A DNA stretch of 64,000 bases from Gammaproteobacteria bacterium (GCA_021731145.1 JAKFXX010000007.1:72108-136107); one strand, 5' to 3'; counted from the first letter of the stretch, positions 34,839-45,743 are shown. Translations and numbers: made by a program. The notes: generated from the letters alone by a model not told the origin.

Positions 34839-35993
34839 TTAGCCTTTAACCCGGCGGGTATAGCATCCGCCCGATGCCGATTCAACTATATTATGCAATT
34901 CCAATACCAAAAGCATGGAGGAAACCTGCTCCGGCGTCAATCCACTGCGTTCCACCAATGTGTCTATGGAAGTGGGGGAGAAGTCGACGCAATCAAGCAA
35001 TTTCAATGAGTTATCGTCAAGATTAAGTCCAATGCCAGAGTTTTCACCGGAACATAATACAGTGTTATACGCCACGTCCGATACCATTGGGCCGAGTTCT
35101 TCAAGGATATCCTGGACATTTTCGACCAGTTTTGCCCCTAGTCGAATCAGGGAATGACAGCCGCGCGCCAGGGGATTATGGATGGAGCCGGGAATGGCGA
35201 AGACCTCGCGGCCTTGCTCCGCCGCCAGACGTGCGGTGATCAGTGAGCCGCTGGCGAGTGCGGCCTCCACTACCAGCGTACCCAGGCTCAGGCCGCTGAT
35301 AATTCGATTGCGGCGCGGGAAGTGTTCGGCCAGCGGCGGGGTGCCGGGCACAAATTCAGAGACCAGTGCGCCGCGTTGGGCAATGCGGTGCGCCAAATCA
35401 CGGTGCCGGGCTGGATAGACGCGGTCCAGGCCAGTGCCCGTGACGGCGATGGTGAGACCCTCTCCATCAAGCGCCCCCTGGTGGCTGGCGGCGTCGACGC
35501 CCAGCGCCAGACCACTGGTGACGGTTAATCCCGCGCCGCACAGATGTCTTGCAAAGTCGTGAGCGGTCTCCCGTCCGGCGGCAGAGGGGTTGCGGCTGCC
35601 CACCAGCGCCAATTGCGGGGTTGCCAACACAGCCGGGTTGCCATGTACGAACAGGAGCGGCGGCGGATCAGCGATTTCGCGCAGTTGTGCCGGGTAGGCA
35701 GGATCATGGAGCGCGAGTATGTGGTTGCCGGGCAGCGCCCCCCAGGCAAGGTCTTTTTCCACGGCGGCCCAATCGGGTTTGCGCAGATAAGCGGCGAGCG
35801 CCGCCGCACCGCGCATGCCGGATGATGCCACTTGCTCCGGGGTGGCCTCGAAAATGGCGCGGGGCGTCGCATAATGATCGAGCAACGCCATGAATGTGAC
35901 GGGGCCTACGCCCGGCGCCCTCAGCAGGGCCAGCCAATAGCCTAGATCGTTTTTGTCGCTGGGATAAGTCATTGGCTGGTAGTCACTTGTCAT
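34839..35993 (-). CDS. dprA: DNA-processing protein DprA (Smf)
   Basis: Rossmann-like core ALVGSRNPSAAG...TVTSGLALGVDAASHQGAL...AVTGTGLDRVYP...FPRRNRIISGLS...VVEAALASGSLITA. Confidence 0.95.
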   Translation of the reverse strand: MTSDYQPMTYPSDKNDLGYWLALLRAPGVGPVTFMALLDHYATPRAIFEATPEQVASSGMRGAAALAAYLRKPDWAAVEKDLAWGALPGNHILALHDPAYPAQLREIADPPPLLFVHGNPAVLATPQLALVGSRNPSAAGRETAHDFARHLCGAGLTVTSGLALGVDAASHQGALDGEGLTIAVTGTGLDRVYPARHRDLAHRIAQRGALVSEFVPGTPPLAEHFPRRNRIISGLSLGTLVVEAALASGSLITARLAAEQGREVFAIPGSIHNPLARGCHSLIRLGAKLVENVQDILEELGPMVSDVAYNTVLCSGENSGIGLNLDDNSLKLLDCVDFSPTSIDTLVERSGLTPEQVSSMLLVLELHNIVESASGGCYTRRVKG

Positions 35994-36036
35994 TTGTTGC
36001 CAGGGTCAGAGCAAGTCCACCATCACCGGGTTATGG

Positions 36037-37107
36037 CTACGGATTTTTCACCATATCATACAGCCGGATATCCCGTTCCGCCTGCATGACCAGTGCATAG
36101 CTCACGCGCTCGAAGGTGCGAAACACCATGAGCAGACCGGCGCGCTCATCAGGCAGCTTTACCATATTGTTCGCGCCAGGATTGATCGTGTCGCGCACGG
36201 TGGTGCCGGACTGAAGGACGGCCAGCACATGGCCCGGCTCCATGCCATTCTGCGTGCCCAGGTTGAGCGCTACCACCTGATTCCGGCCGATTTTGGAGAC
36301 GCCGTCGGCTACCGCAATGATATTGCCAGAGGTTGCCTTTTCCGGTGCATGAGGGAAAAAATCCCGGCTGGCATCCTTTTCCTCTTGCGGGAACAGGTTA
36401 TCGCCAATCAAGGTCTCACGATAGGCGTTGGTGATGCGTAATGTTGTGGGATCGCCCGCGCGCTCCACGCTGGCATCGGCGACCTGGATGGTCTCATAGC
36501 CCAGGATGTCTTCTTTTTTGGCGCCGGGGTTGCGGTACGCCTTGCCGCGGTGAAATACGCCAAAGCGGGGGGTAATCGCGTCCGCCATCTTGCGCGCATA
36601 TATCTTGCTCCCGGTGCCGACTGCCTGGCGGCCTTCCTCAAATGCAACGACATAAGGCGCATTTTCGATCTCGCTCGCACTGACCACGCGTGCGCGCAAC
36701 AGGAAGGGTTCGATGGCATCCATGGCGATGGCGGGGATGGCACTGTTCAGGCCGGAAACGCGGATCTGGGGAGACAGCTTTACCGTCGGCAGGTTTGATG
36801 TGGACTGCGCGGTGCGTTCGATTTGCAGTACCGGCTTGCCGTCCTGCACACCCAGCACAATCACATCGCCCGGATAGATCAGGTGCGGGTTTTTGATCTC
36901 TGGGTTGATATGCCATACATCCGGCCAGCGCCAGGGGTCACGCAGGAAGCGCGCGGAGATGTCCCACAGCGTGTCGCCCTTGACCACCTTGTGGCGGTTG
37001 GGATGATCAGGGTTGAGTGCTACGGTATCCGCCAGCGCGGCTGACACGGTGGCGGCGCTGGCCAGAAGCGCGAAACACAGGCCCACCAAGGTCTTTTTGG
37101 TCAACAT
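36037..37107 (-). CDS. LysM-domain peptidoglycan-binding protein
   Basis: Signal peptide, then LysM HKVVKGDTLWDISARFLRDPWRWPDVWHINPEIKNPHLIYPGDVI. Conserved neighbour of dprA/def. Confidence 0.85.
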   Translation of the reverse strand: MLTKKTLVGLCFALLASAATVSAALADTVALNPDHPNRHKVVKGDTLWDISARFLRDPWRWPDVWHINPEIKNPHLIYPGDVIVLGVQDGKPVLQIERTAQSTSNLPTVKLSPQIRVSGLNSAIPAIAMDAIEPFLLRARVVSASEIENAPYVVAFEEGRQAVGTGSKIYARKMADAITPRFGVFHRGKAYRNPGAKKEDILGYETIQVADASVERAGDPTTLRITNAYRETLIGDNLFPQEEKDASRDFFPHAPEKATSGNIIAVADGVSKIGRNQVVALNLGTQNGMEPGHVLAVLQSGTTVRDTINPGANNMVKLPDERAGLLMVFRTFERVSYALVMQAERDIRLYDMVKNP

Positions 37108-37200
37108 AATCGTCCTTATTGCATGTGGCGCCGGGAGCGCCTATCTATTATGATCATTCCTTATATCGGACTCACATCGCATTAAGTTAACGGTTATCTG

Positions 37201-37704
37201 ATGGCTATTCTTCCAATTTTGCATTATCCCGACCCGCGGTTGCGCAACAAGGCTGCTCCAGTCGCCAAGGTTGATGGTAAACTCCGCGCCCTGATCGACG
37301 ATATGTTCGAGACCATGTATCAGGCGCCGGGCATCGGCCTGGCGGCGCCCCAGGTTGATGTTGCCCTGCGTGTGCTCGTTATTGATATCTCGGAGCAGCG
37401 CAATGCGCCATTATGCCTGATTAATCCGGAAATCCTGCACATGGAAGGCGTAGAGCAGATGGAGGAAGGCTGTCTCTCGGTGCCGGGAATTTACGAGCCG
37501 GTGCAGCGTGCCAAGTATATCAAGGTGCGTGCGCTGGACCGCAATGGCGCATCATTTGATCTGGATGCCGACGATCTGCTGGCCGTGTGCATCCAGCACG
37601 AGATGGATCACCTGGACGGCAAGTTGTTTGTCGATTATTTGTCTGAATTAAAACGGCAGCGCCTCCGCAAAAAGCTGGAAAAAGTGCGCCGCCAGACCTT
37701 ATAA
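37201..37704 (+). CDS. def: Peptide deformylase
   Basis: Motifs [17 protein letters not shown] and QHEMDHLDG. Confidence 0.97.
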   Translation: MAILPILHYPDPRLRNKAAPVAKVDGKLRALIDDMFETMYQAPGIGLAAPQVDVALRVLVIDISEQRNAPLCLINPEILHMEGVEQMEEGCLSVPGIYEPVQRAKYIKVRALDRNGASFDLDADDLLAVCIQHEMDHLDGKLFVDYLSELKRQRLRKKLEKVRRQTL

Positions 37705-37721
37705 ATAAAAAGTAGAAAATC

Positions 37722-38711
37722 TTGAAATCCAGTCTCAATATCATCTTTGCCGGCACACCCGAATTCGCCGTCGCGCCGCTGCGGGCATTGCTCGCGACGG
37801 AACATACCGTGTGCGCGGTCTATACCCAGCCGGATCGCCCGGCAGGCAGGGGCCGCAAGCTCACTGCCAGCCCGGTCAAGTGTGTGGCGCTTGAACACGG
37901 CATCCCGGTGTATCAGCCGGTCAGTCTCAAGTCCGCGGAAGAGCAGGCGCGGCTACAGGCATTGCAGGCTGATCTGATGGTGGTGGTTGCCTATGGCCTG
38001 ATACTGCCGTCCCCGGTGCTGGAGGCGCCGCGCCTGGGCTGCGTGAATATTCACGCCTCGCTGCTGCCGCGCTGGCGCGGCGCCGCGCCGCTCCAGCGCG
38101 CCATCCTGGCGGGTGATACCGAGACAGGTATTACCATCATGCAAATGGATGTGGGTCTGGATACCGGCGCCATGCTGGTGCGTGCATCCTGCCCCATCCT
38201 GCCGGATGACACCACGCAAACCCTGCACGACCGGCTGGCGGCGCTGGGCGCGCAAACGCTGCTGCCAGTGCTGGAACAGCTTGACAATGGCACGGCGCAC
38301 GCCACCCCGCAGGATGACAGCCTGGCTTGTTACGCCGCCAAGATTGACAAGACTGAGGCGGTGATAGATTGGTCACGGCCTGCCGTGGAGCTGGAACGCA
38401 AGGTGCGCGCATTCAATCCCTGGCCGGTGGCGCGTACACTTTTGGGTGAGACACCGCTGCATGTCTGGGGGGCACAGGTGGTGGCAGGCGATGCGGGCCA
38501 GCCGCCGGGGACCATCCTGTCTGCCGGAAAGGAAGGCATTGATGTCGCCACAGGCAGCGGCATTCTGCGCCTGCTGCAACTCCAGGTGCCGGGCGGCCGT
38601 CCCATGTCGACCGCCGATTTTTTGAACGCCCATCGTAATTTGGTGACTATAGGCATCACGCTTACCCTGAAGGACAGCGCGCAGCCTCCCCTCCGGGGGA
38701 CAAGCAAATGA
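37722..38711 (+). CDS. fmt: Methionyl-tRNA formyltransferase
   Basis: TTG start. IIFAGTPEFA, NIHASLLPRWRGAAPLQRAI. Follows def. Confidence 0.95.
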   Translation: MKSSLNIIFAGTPEFAVAPLRALLATEHTVCAVYTQPDRPAGRGRKLTASPVKCVALEHGIPVYQPVSLKSAEEQARLQALQADLMVVVAYGLILPSPVLEAPRLGCVNIHASLLPRWRGAAPLQRAILAGDTETGITIMQMDVGLDTGAMLVRASCPILPDDTTQTLHDRLAALGAQTLLPVLEQLDNGTAHATPQDDSLACYAAKIDKTEAVIDWSRPAVELERKVRAFNPWPVARTLLGETPLHVWGAQVVAGDAGQPPGTILSAGKEGIDVATGSGILRLLQLQVPGGRPMSTADFLNAHRNLVTIGITLTLKDSAQPPLRGTSK

Positions 38712-40147
38712 AATCAAGAACCGCCGCCGCGAAGGTATTGGCTCAGGTAGTGGGCAAAGGGCGTTCGCTGGGCGGGATTCTTGCGCCCACGCTTGCTCAG
38801 TTGCGTAAGGACGGGGATCGGGCATTGGCGCAGGAGTTGTGTTACGGCGTGCTGCGCTGGTATCCACGGTTGGCCGCGCTATTGGAGCGGTTGTTGAGCA
38901 AACCGCTGAAAGAGCGCGATGAGGATGTGCGCGGCCTGTTGCTGCTGGGCTTGTATCAAATTATCTACATGCGCGTGCCGGATCATGCCGCAGTGGGCGA
39001 GACGGTGGCAGCGGCCAGGGACTTGGGTAAGCCGTGGGCGGGTGGGCTGGTGAATGCCGTTTTGCGCAATTATTTGCGCGATAGCGCCCATTTGCTGGAA
39101 GAGGTGGATCAAAACGAGGCGGCGGCGCTGGCCCATCCCGCATGGTTGCTGGAATTGCTCAAGAACGCCTGGCCGGGTGACTGGCAGGCTATCGTCACGG
39201 CCAATAACCAGCGCCCGCCGATGGCGCTGCGCGTCAACGCCCGGCATATGGAGCGCGACGCCTATCTGCGCATGCTGGTAGGTGACGGGATCGCCGCGCA
39301 TCCGGCGCCGCATACCACGCACGGGGTCATTCTGGAACAGCCCACCGATGTTGAACGCCTGCCCGGATTCAACGAGGGGTGGGTGTCGGTGCAGGATAGC
39401 GCGGCCCAGCTCGCGGCAACGTTGCTCGATGTCCAGCCCGGCCAGCGCGTGCTCGACGCCTGCGCGGCACCCGGCGGCAAGGCGGCGCATATCCTGGAGT
39501 CACAGCCCGGCGTTGATCTGACGGCGCTGGATAACGATGCCGCACGCCTGAAGCGTGTGGACGGGAATTTGCGGCGCTTGCGACCGCCAGGGATGGCGGC
39601 CGTTCCTGCGCATCCGGCAACTGCTCCCCGCGTTGCTCTACCTCCGGCATCCATGCCGTCGCCTGCGCCCACGGCACTTGTGCATCCCTGCACGGCGGAA
39701 GTACTGGAAAGGCAGGAGCAGTTTCCAGTGCAGGTTCGCCTGATCGAGGGTGATGCCGCCCAGCCTGCCGCGTGGTGGGATGGCGTCATGTACGATCGCA
39801 TCCTGCTTGATGCGCCGTGCTCGGCGACCGGTGTGATACGCCGCCACCCCGATATCAAAATCCTGCGCAGGCCAGGCGATATTGCCGCGCTGGCGGAGCT
39901 GCAAGGGCGTATGCTGCAGGCGCTATGGCCCTTGCTGAAGCCGGGGGGGGTGTTTTTGTACGCCACCTGCTCCATACTGCCACAGGAAAATGAGCAGCAG
40001 GTAACGCGCTTTCTGGCGGCGCAAACGGACGCCTGCGAAAAGGTTATCGATGCTTCATGGGGAAATCCAAGGGAGGCGGGGCGGCAGATCCTGCCTGGCG
40101 AGAACGGCATGGACGGGTTTTATTATGCGTGTTTGCAAAAAACATAG
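38708..40147 (+). CDS. rsmB: 16S rRNA (cytosine967-C5)-methyltransferase RsmB, carrying an internal Pro/Ala-rich insertion
   Basis: NusB-like N-domain. SAM motif VLDACAAPGGKAAHI. Catalytic DAPCSATGVIRRHPDIK and YATCSILPQENE. Confidence 0.93.
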   Translation: MKSRTAAAKVLAQVVGKGRSLGGILAPTLAQLRKDGDRALAQELCYGVLRWYPRLAALLERLLSKPLKERDEDVRGLLLLGLYQIIYMRVPDHAAVGETVAAARDLGKPWAGGLVNAVLRNYLRDSAHLLEEVDQNEAAALAHPAWLLELLKNAWPGDWQAIVTANNQRPPMALRVNARHMERDAYLRMLVGDGIAAHPAPHTTHGVILEQPTDVERLPGFNEGWVSVQDSAAQLAATLLDVQPGQRVLDACAAPGGKAAHILESQPGVDLTALDNDAARLKRVDGNLRRLRPPGMAAVPAHPATAPRVALPPASMPSPAPTALVHPCTAEVLERQEQFPVQVRLIEGDAAQPAAWWDGVMYDRILLDAPCSATGVIRRHPDIKILRRPGDIAALAELQGRMLQALWPLLKPGGVFLYATCSILPQENEQQVTRFLAAQTDACEKVIDASWGNPREAGRQILPGENGMDGFYYACLQKT

Positions 40148-40168
40148 GGCTTCGTTGCTAAAAGCCTT

Positions 40169-40753
40169 ATGAGAAACCGGAACGGCAACGCGTTCTTATC
40201 AACACTGGCCATGTTCATGGCCGGCCTGATGTGTTTCGGCACTGCCTGGGGTGAAAACTCAAATGGCGAATTTACCGTGCGCGGCGTGGAGACAGAGCTG
40301 GTCGACAAGGTGTACCGGCTTGACGCGCGCATCGACTATCAGCTCAGCGACCGGATGCTGGATGCGTTGCATAAAGGCATACCGCTGACCATCGCGATGG
40401 ACATCGAGGTGTGGCGCAAGCGGCAATATCTCTGGAACGAGCAACTCGCCGCAGTAACGCAACGCTATCAGCTTTCCTATCACGCGCTGACGCGTCAATA
40501 CCAGATCAAAAACCTCAATACCGGCATACAAAATGGTTTTCCAACGCTGCATGCGGCCTTGGAGATGCTGGGCACGGTTGATGATTTTCCGATGCTGGAC
40601 CAGCAATTGCTGCGGGCGGGTGAAACATACGAGGCGCGCTTGCGTACTCGTCTGGATATCGAGGCGCTGCCGGTGCCGATCCGTTTGTTGGCCTATATCT
40701 ACGCCGGATGGCGCGTAAGCAGCGAGTGGCATACATGGTCATTGCGGCTCTAA
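40169..40753 (+). CDS. DUF4390-domain periplasmic protein
   Basis: Signal peptide. Conserved position between rsmB and ntrY. The family assignment is from recall of this synteny. Confidence 0.6.
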   Translation: MRNRNGNAFLSTLAMFMAGLMCFGTAWGENSNGEFTVRGVETELVDKVYRLDARIDYQLSDRMLDALHKGIPLTIAMDIEVWRKRQYLWNEQLAAVTQRYQLSYHALTRQYQIKNLNTGIQNGFPTLHAALEMLGTVDDFPMLDQQLLRAGETYEARLRTRLDIEALPVPIRLLAYIYAGWRVSSEWHTWSLRL

Positions 40754-42924
40754 AACGCACCGGCTCGGGCATTGCGCCGGTGGTAGTGCTGTTTGTGCTG
40801 CTGCTGGCGTCGCTCTACATGATGAGCAGCGCGACGCAAAATTCAGCGGAGTTTGGCCGCCTCTATTCTGTCCTGCTGGTGGTCAACATCCTGGAGCTGG
40901 TGCTTCTGGTGGGCCTGATTACCGCCAATCTTTATCGCCTGGTGCGCCAGTACCGGGCCGGCGTGGTGGGGTCACGGCTCACCGCGCGGCTGGTGGTCAT
41001 ATTCGTGATCCTCTCAGTGGTGCCGGTATCGCTGGTGTATTATTTCTCGCTGGATTTTTTGCGGCGCGGGATTGATAGCTGGTTTGACGTGCGCATCGAA
41101 AAGGCGCTGGGTGACGCGCTGGAATTGAGCCGCACCGCACTTGATGCGCGCATGCGCGACCTGCTGCGGCAAACCGAGTTGATGGCGCGGGAGATGGAAG
41201 ACATCCCCAATGGCCAGGTCATCTTTGATATGGACAAATTGCGCCAGCGTAGCGGGGCCTCTGATCTTACCTTGCTGACCCCGCAAGGCCACATTCTCGC
41301 CATTAGCAGCGATGACCCCACCATGGCCTCCCCTACCCAGCCCAGTGAGGCGATATTGCAACGGGTGCGGCAGGGGATCACCTATGTCGGGCTTGATCCG
41401 ATCCGCGACACAGGCCTCTATGTGCGGACGGTGGTCACAGTGCCTGGCCTCGATCCCGGCAGTCCGCCGCGCCTGCTGCAGGGGCTGTTCCCGGTCGCGG
41501 GGCGCATGAGTGAGCTGGCCGAGGGGGTGCAATCCGTTTATGCCCGGTACCAGGAGTTGGGCTATATGCGCGAGCCGCTCAAGCTCAGTTTTACCCTGAC
41601 CTTGTCGCTGGTGTTGTGGCTCAGCGTGCTGATGGCGGTATGGGCCGCGTTTTTTTCGGCGCGGCGTTTGACGGAGCCGGTGCGGGTGCTGGCGCTGGGT
41701 ACGCGTGCGGTGGCGGCAGGCGACTATGACCAGCGGCTGCCGTTGCTGCCCAGCCATGACGAGCTGGGCTTTCTGGTACAGTCATTCAACGATATGACGC
41801 GCAAGATATCGCTCGCCCGCGACGAGGCCCAACGCAGCCATCAACAGGCCGAAACTCAGCGCGCCTATCTGGAAGCGGTGCTGGACCGGCTGTCTTCCGG
41901 TGTACTGACATTGGATGGGCAACACATTCCGCGCACGGCAAACATCGCCGCAAGCCAGATTCTTGGCGCGGATCTCGATAATAATATTATTGGCGAACCT
42001 CTCGATCAGCTTGGCGGCGTCTATCCTCATCTTAGCGGTTTTGCCAAGGCTCTTGCGCCGCATTTGACGGGCGCGCCGCGGGAATGGCGCGAGGAAGTGG
42101 TTTTGTTTGGCGCGGGCGGACGGCAGGTATTGATGTGCCGTGGTGCACCGCTGTCCGACACGGCAGGCGAGACGGGAGGACATGTGGTCGTGTTCGATGA
42201 CATCACAAACCTGATCCAGGCGCAGCGTGATGCGGCGTGGGGCGAGGTGGCCCGGCGTCTGGCGCACGAGATCAAGAACCCGCTCACACCTATCCAGCTT
42301 TCCGCCGAGCGTCTGCGGCATAAATACCTCAAAACCATGAACGCAGAGGACGCGGACGTACTGGACCGCTCCACCCATACCATCATCCAGCAGGTGCAGA
42401 CCATGCAGGAAATGGTCAAGGCCTTTTCCGATTATGCGCGCGCGCCGAAGCTGATGCTGCATCCGCTGGATCTGAATCGCCTGATCAACGAGGTGCTGGA
42501 TCTCTATCGCGGAGATGCAAGGGTGCGGACCAAGGCGCGCCTCGATCCGCAACTGCCGCGCATCGAGGCCGATGCAGGGCGCTTCCGGCAATTGCTGCAC
42601 AACCTCATCAAAAACGCCCTTGATGCCATTGGTGAAAACGCCGGGTGTTGCGTTACCATCACCACACAATGGCTACACGAACCGGATTTTCAGAGCATCG
42701 AACTGCGCGTGCAGGACAATGGCCCAGGCATCACGCCGGAGATTCTTGCCCGCCTTTTTGAGCCCGGCGTCAGCAGCAAAGCCAAGGGCGGCGGGCTGGG
42801 GCTGGCGATTGTGAAAAAGATCGTTGAAGAACACGGCGGCGTGGTGTGGGCGGAAAATGTCCCCGGCGACGGCGCCTGTATCGTGGTGCGTCTCCCGCTG
42901 CAAAGCGCTGGAGCAGCCGCGTGA
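40735..42924 (+). CDS. ntrY: NtrY-like PAS/HAMP sensor histidine kinase
   Basis: N-terminal TM bundle. HAMP LTEPVRVLALGTRAVAAGDY. H-box LAHEIKNPLTPIQLSAERL. N/G boxes LHNLIKNALDA, GGGLGLAIVKKIVEEHGG. The alternative ATG at 40708 has no RBS. Confidence 0.85.
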   Translation: MVIAALKRTGSGIAPVVVLFVLLLASLYMMSSATQNSAEFGRLYSVLLVVNILELVLLVGLITANLYRLVRQYRAGVVGSRLTARLVVIFVILSVVPVSLVYYFSLDFLRRGIDSWFDVRIEKALGDALELSRTALDARMRDLLRQTELMAREMEDIPNGQVIFDMDKLRQRSGASDLTLLTPQGHILAISSDDPTMASPTQPSEAILQRVRQGITYVGLDPIRDTGLYVRTVVTVPGLDPGSPPRLLQGLFPVAGRMSELAEGVQSVYARYQELGYMREPLKLSFTLTLSLVLWLSVLMAVWAAFFSARRLTEPVRVLALGTRAVAAGDYDQRLPLLPSHDELGFLVQSFNDMTRKISLARDEAQRSHQQAETQRAYLEAVLDRLSSGVLTLDGQHIPRTANIAASQILGADLDNNIIGEPLDQLGGVYPHLSGFAKALAPHLTGAPREWREEVVLFGAGGRQVLMCRGAPLSDTAGETGGHVVVFDDITNLIQAQRDAAWGEVARRLAHEIKNPLTPIQLSAERLRHKYLKTMNAEDADVLDRSTHTIIQQVQTMQEMVKAFSDYARAPKLMLHPLDLNRLINEVLDLYRGDARVRTKARLDPQLPRIEADAGRFRQLLHNLIKNALDAIGENAGCCVTITTQWLHEPDFQSIELRVQDNGPGITPEILARLFEPGVSSKAKGGGLGLAIVKKIVEEHGGVVWAENVPGDGACIVVRLPLQSAGAAA

Positions 42925-42962
42925 GCGCATCCATCGGACATTTGTACAAAGGATAACAGCGC

Positions 42963-44333
42963 ATGAGCATGGCCTATATTCTGGTGGTGGACGACGAGCG
43001 CGACATCCGCGAACTGGTCAAGGAAATCCTGGTTGACGAGGGATACGAGGTCGCTATCGCGGAGAACGGTGAGGCGGCGCAGCGCGCGCGGCGCGAACGC
43101 CGTCCTGATCTGGTGCTGCTGGATATCTGGATGCCGGACATCGACGGTATCTCGCTGCTCAAGGAGTGGGGGGCCGAAGAGGGCGATGCGTTGCCGCCGG
43201 TCATCATGATGTCCGGACACGGCACTGTGGAAACTGCGGTGGAGGCCACCCGTTTAGGCGCCTACGACTTTCTGGAAAAACCCTTGTCCATGGCCAAGCT
43301 GCTGTTGACCATCAAACGCGCGCTGGAGGCCGACCGGCTGCGCCGGGAAAACCTCGGGTTGCGGCGCCACGATCAGACGGTAACGGAACCCGTGGGCCAC
43401 GGCACGGTAATGCACCATCTGCGCGAACAGGCCAGGCGCATCGCCCAGCACGACGCCTGGGTTCTGATCACTGGCGAGCCGGGCAGCGGCAAGGAGTTGT
43501 TTGCCCGTTATCTGCACGCCAACAGTGCGCGTCGCAATGGTCCGTTTATTGATGCCGGTATTCCGCAGGGCAATCCGGCTATCGAATTGTTTGGCAGTGA
43601 AGAAAGCGGAAAGATTCATTACGGGCGCTTTGAGCAAGCCAACGGCGGCACCCTGTTCCTGGATGAGATCGGCGATATGGATGCCGCGTTGCAGGCGCGC
43701 CTGCTACGCGCCCTGCAAAGCCGCTCCTTCACGAGGGTGGGCGGCAGCGAGCCGGTGAAGCTCGACGCGCGCGTTCTCGCAGCCACGCATCACGATCTGG
43801 CGCAGGATGTCCAGGCCAAGCGCTTCCGTGAAGACCTTTATTATCAGTTAAACGTAGTGCCGCTACGCGTACCCCCGTTACGCGAACATTGCGAAGACGT
43901 TCCCGAATTGCTCAACTATTACATGAACGTTTTCGTCAATCAGGACAACATGCCCTACCGCCGCTTCAGCATGGCGGCGCAAAACCGCCTGCGCAATTAT
44001 CCATGGCCGGGCAACGTCCGCGAATTGAAAAACCTGGTGCAGCGCCTGCTGATTCTCGGGACAGGCGCCGAAATCGGCGTCGATGAAGTGGAGGCCGCGT
44101 TGGGCGAGGCGCCCGCCAGCGTAACTGCGACATCAACACTGGGCTTTGATTTACCCTTGCGCGAGGCGCGCGACCGTTTTGAAAAGGCCTATCTGGAATA
44201 TCAATTGCGCGAGACGGGCGGCAACATTACCAAGGTGGCCAAGCTGGCGGGCATGGAACGCACCCATTTGTACCGCAAAATGCGGGCTTTGGGCATAAGC
44301 ATCGGCGATGTACAAGAAACAGCGGATCAGTGA
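42963..44333 (+). CDS. ntrX: NtrX-like response regulator (receiver + AAA+ + Fis HTH) lacking the GAFTGA loop
   Basis: Receiver ILVVDDE...DLVLLDIWMPD. Walker A GEPGSGKE. C-terminal HTH NITKVAKLAGMERTHLYRKM. ELFGSEESGKIHYGRFE sits where GAFTGA is expected. Confidence 0.85.
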   Translation: MSMAYILVVDDERDIRELVKEILVDEGYEVAIAENGEAAQRARRERRPDLVLLDIWMPDIDGISLLKEWGAEEGDALPPVIMMSGHGTVETAVEATRLGAYDFLEKPLSMAKLLLTIKRALEADRLRRENLGLRRHDQTVTEPVGHGTVMHHLREQARRIAQHDAWVLITGEPGSGKELFARYLHANSARRNGPFIDAGIPQGNPAIELFGSEESGKIHYGRFEQANGGTLFLDEIGDMDAALQARLLRALQSRSFTRVGGSEPVKLDARVLAATHHDLAQDVQAKRFREDLYYQLNVVPLRVPPLREHCEDVPELLNYYMNVFVNQDNMPYRRFSMAAQNRLRNYPWPGNVRELKNLVQRLLILGTGAEIGVDEVEAALGEAPASVTATSTLGFDLPLREARDRFEKAYLEYQLRETGGNITKVAKLAGMERTHLYRKMRALGISIGDVQETADQ

Positions 44334-44369
44334 TAAGATTGCCGCCCTTGTTTTGGATTGTGAACTGAC

Positions 44370-45743
44370 ATGAAGATCATCATCCTCGGCGCAGGCCAGG
44401 TAGGTTCGTCGGTAGCCGCCAATCTGGTCAGCGAGGCCAACGATATCACGGTGGTGGATACCAACCAGGATCTCCTGCAAAATCTCCAGGACCGTTTCGA
44501 CCTGCGCACCGTGTGCGGCGAGGCCTCCCATCCCGAGGTGCTGCGGCGCGCCGGAGCAGAGGATGCGGACATGATCCTCGCCGTCACCAACAGTGATGAA
44601 ACCAACATGGTAGCGTGCCAGGTAGCGTACACGCTGTTTCACACCCCCACCAAAATCGCGCGCGTGCGTTCCAACGAATATCTTAGCCATCCCCAGCTAT
44701 TCACCAATGATGCGCTCCCTGTCGATTTTCTGATCAGTCCCGATCAGGCAGTGACAGATTATATCCAGCGCCTTATAGAATACCCCGGCGCGCTCCAGGT
44801 GCTCGATTTTGCTCATGGCAAGGTGCGGCTGGTGGCGGTGCGTGCCTATCATGACGGACCACTGGTAGGGCGTGAACTGCGCGCCCTGCGCGAGCACATG
44901 CCGGGTGTTCAGACGCGCGTTGCCGCCATCTTCCGCCGTGATGCGCCTATCGTTCCCGAGGGCAATACCGTCATCGAAGTGGATGACGAAGTATTTTTCA
45001 TTGCCGCCAGCAAAGACATCCGCGCGGTGATGGGAGAGCTGAGGCGGCTGGACAGCCCCATCAAGCGCGTGATGATCGCGGGCGGCGGCAACATCGGAAA
45101 ACGTCTGGCCAAGGCGCTGGAAAATGACTACCAGATCAAGGTTATCGAACACAACCAGAAGCGTGCGCGCGCCCTGTCGGAAGAGCTGAAAAAGGCCATC
45201 GTCCTGCTGGGCGATGCCACCGATGAAGATCTATTGCGCGAAGAAAATATCGAGGCCACTGATATATTCTGCGCGCTGACCAATGACGACGAAGATAATA
45301 TCCTCTCCGCGATGCTTGCCAAGCGCCTTGGCGCACGCAAGGTGATGGCGTTGATCAATCGCTCTGCCTATGTCGATCTGGTGGAGAGCGGCACGATAGA
45401 CATCGCAATATCCCCCCACCAGGCGATGATCGGCAGCCTGTTGGCTCATGTGCGGCGTGGTGATGTTGCGGCAGTTCACTCGTTGCGGCGCGGCGCAGCG
45501 GAAGCACTGGAGGCGGTGGCGCACGGCGACCGCAAATCATCAAAAGTGGTGGGGCGCGCCATCCAGGACATCAAACTGCCGCCGGGCGCCAGCATTGGCG
45601 CCATGTTGCGTGGCGATGAGGTCATAATCGCCCATCACGATACCGTGATCGAAGCGGAGGATCACGTCATCCTGTTTCTGGTCGACAAAACCCGTATCCG
45701 CGACGTGGAACGCCTGTTTCAGGTGAGCGCGACGTTTCTTTAA
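44370..45743 (+). CDS. trkA: Trk potassium uptake protein TrkA
   Basis: Two Rossmann folds: [16 protein letters not shown] and [14 protein letters not shown]. Size 457 aa. Confidence 0.95.
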   Translation: MKIIILGAGQVGSSVAANLVSEANDITVVDTNQDLLQNLQDRFDLRTVCGEASHPEVLRRAGAEDADMILAVTNSDETNMVACQVAYTLFHTPTKIARVRSNEYLSHPQLFTNDALPVDFLISPDQAVTDYIQRLIEYPGALQVLDFAHGKVRLVAVRAYHDGPLVGRELRALREHMPGVQTRVAAIFRRDAPIVPEGNTVIEVDDEVFFIAASKDIRAVMGELRRLDSPIKRVMIAGGGNIGKRLAKALENDYQIKVIEHNQKRARALSEELKKAIVLLGDATDEDLLREENIEATDIFCALTNDDEDNILSAMLAKRLGARKVMALINRSAYVDLVESGTIDIAISPHQAMIGSLLAHVRRGDVAAVHSLRRGAAEALEAVAHGDRKSSKVVGRAIQDIKLPPGASIGAMLRGDEVIIAHHDTVIEAEDHVILFLVDKTRIRDVERLFQVSATFL

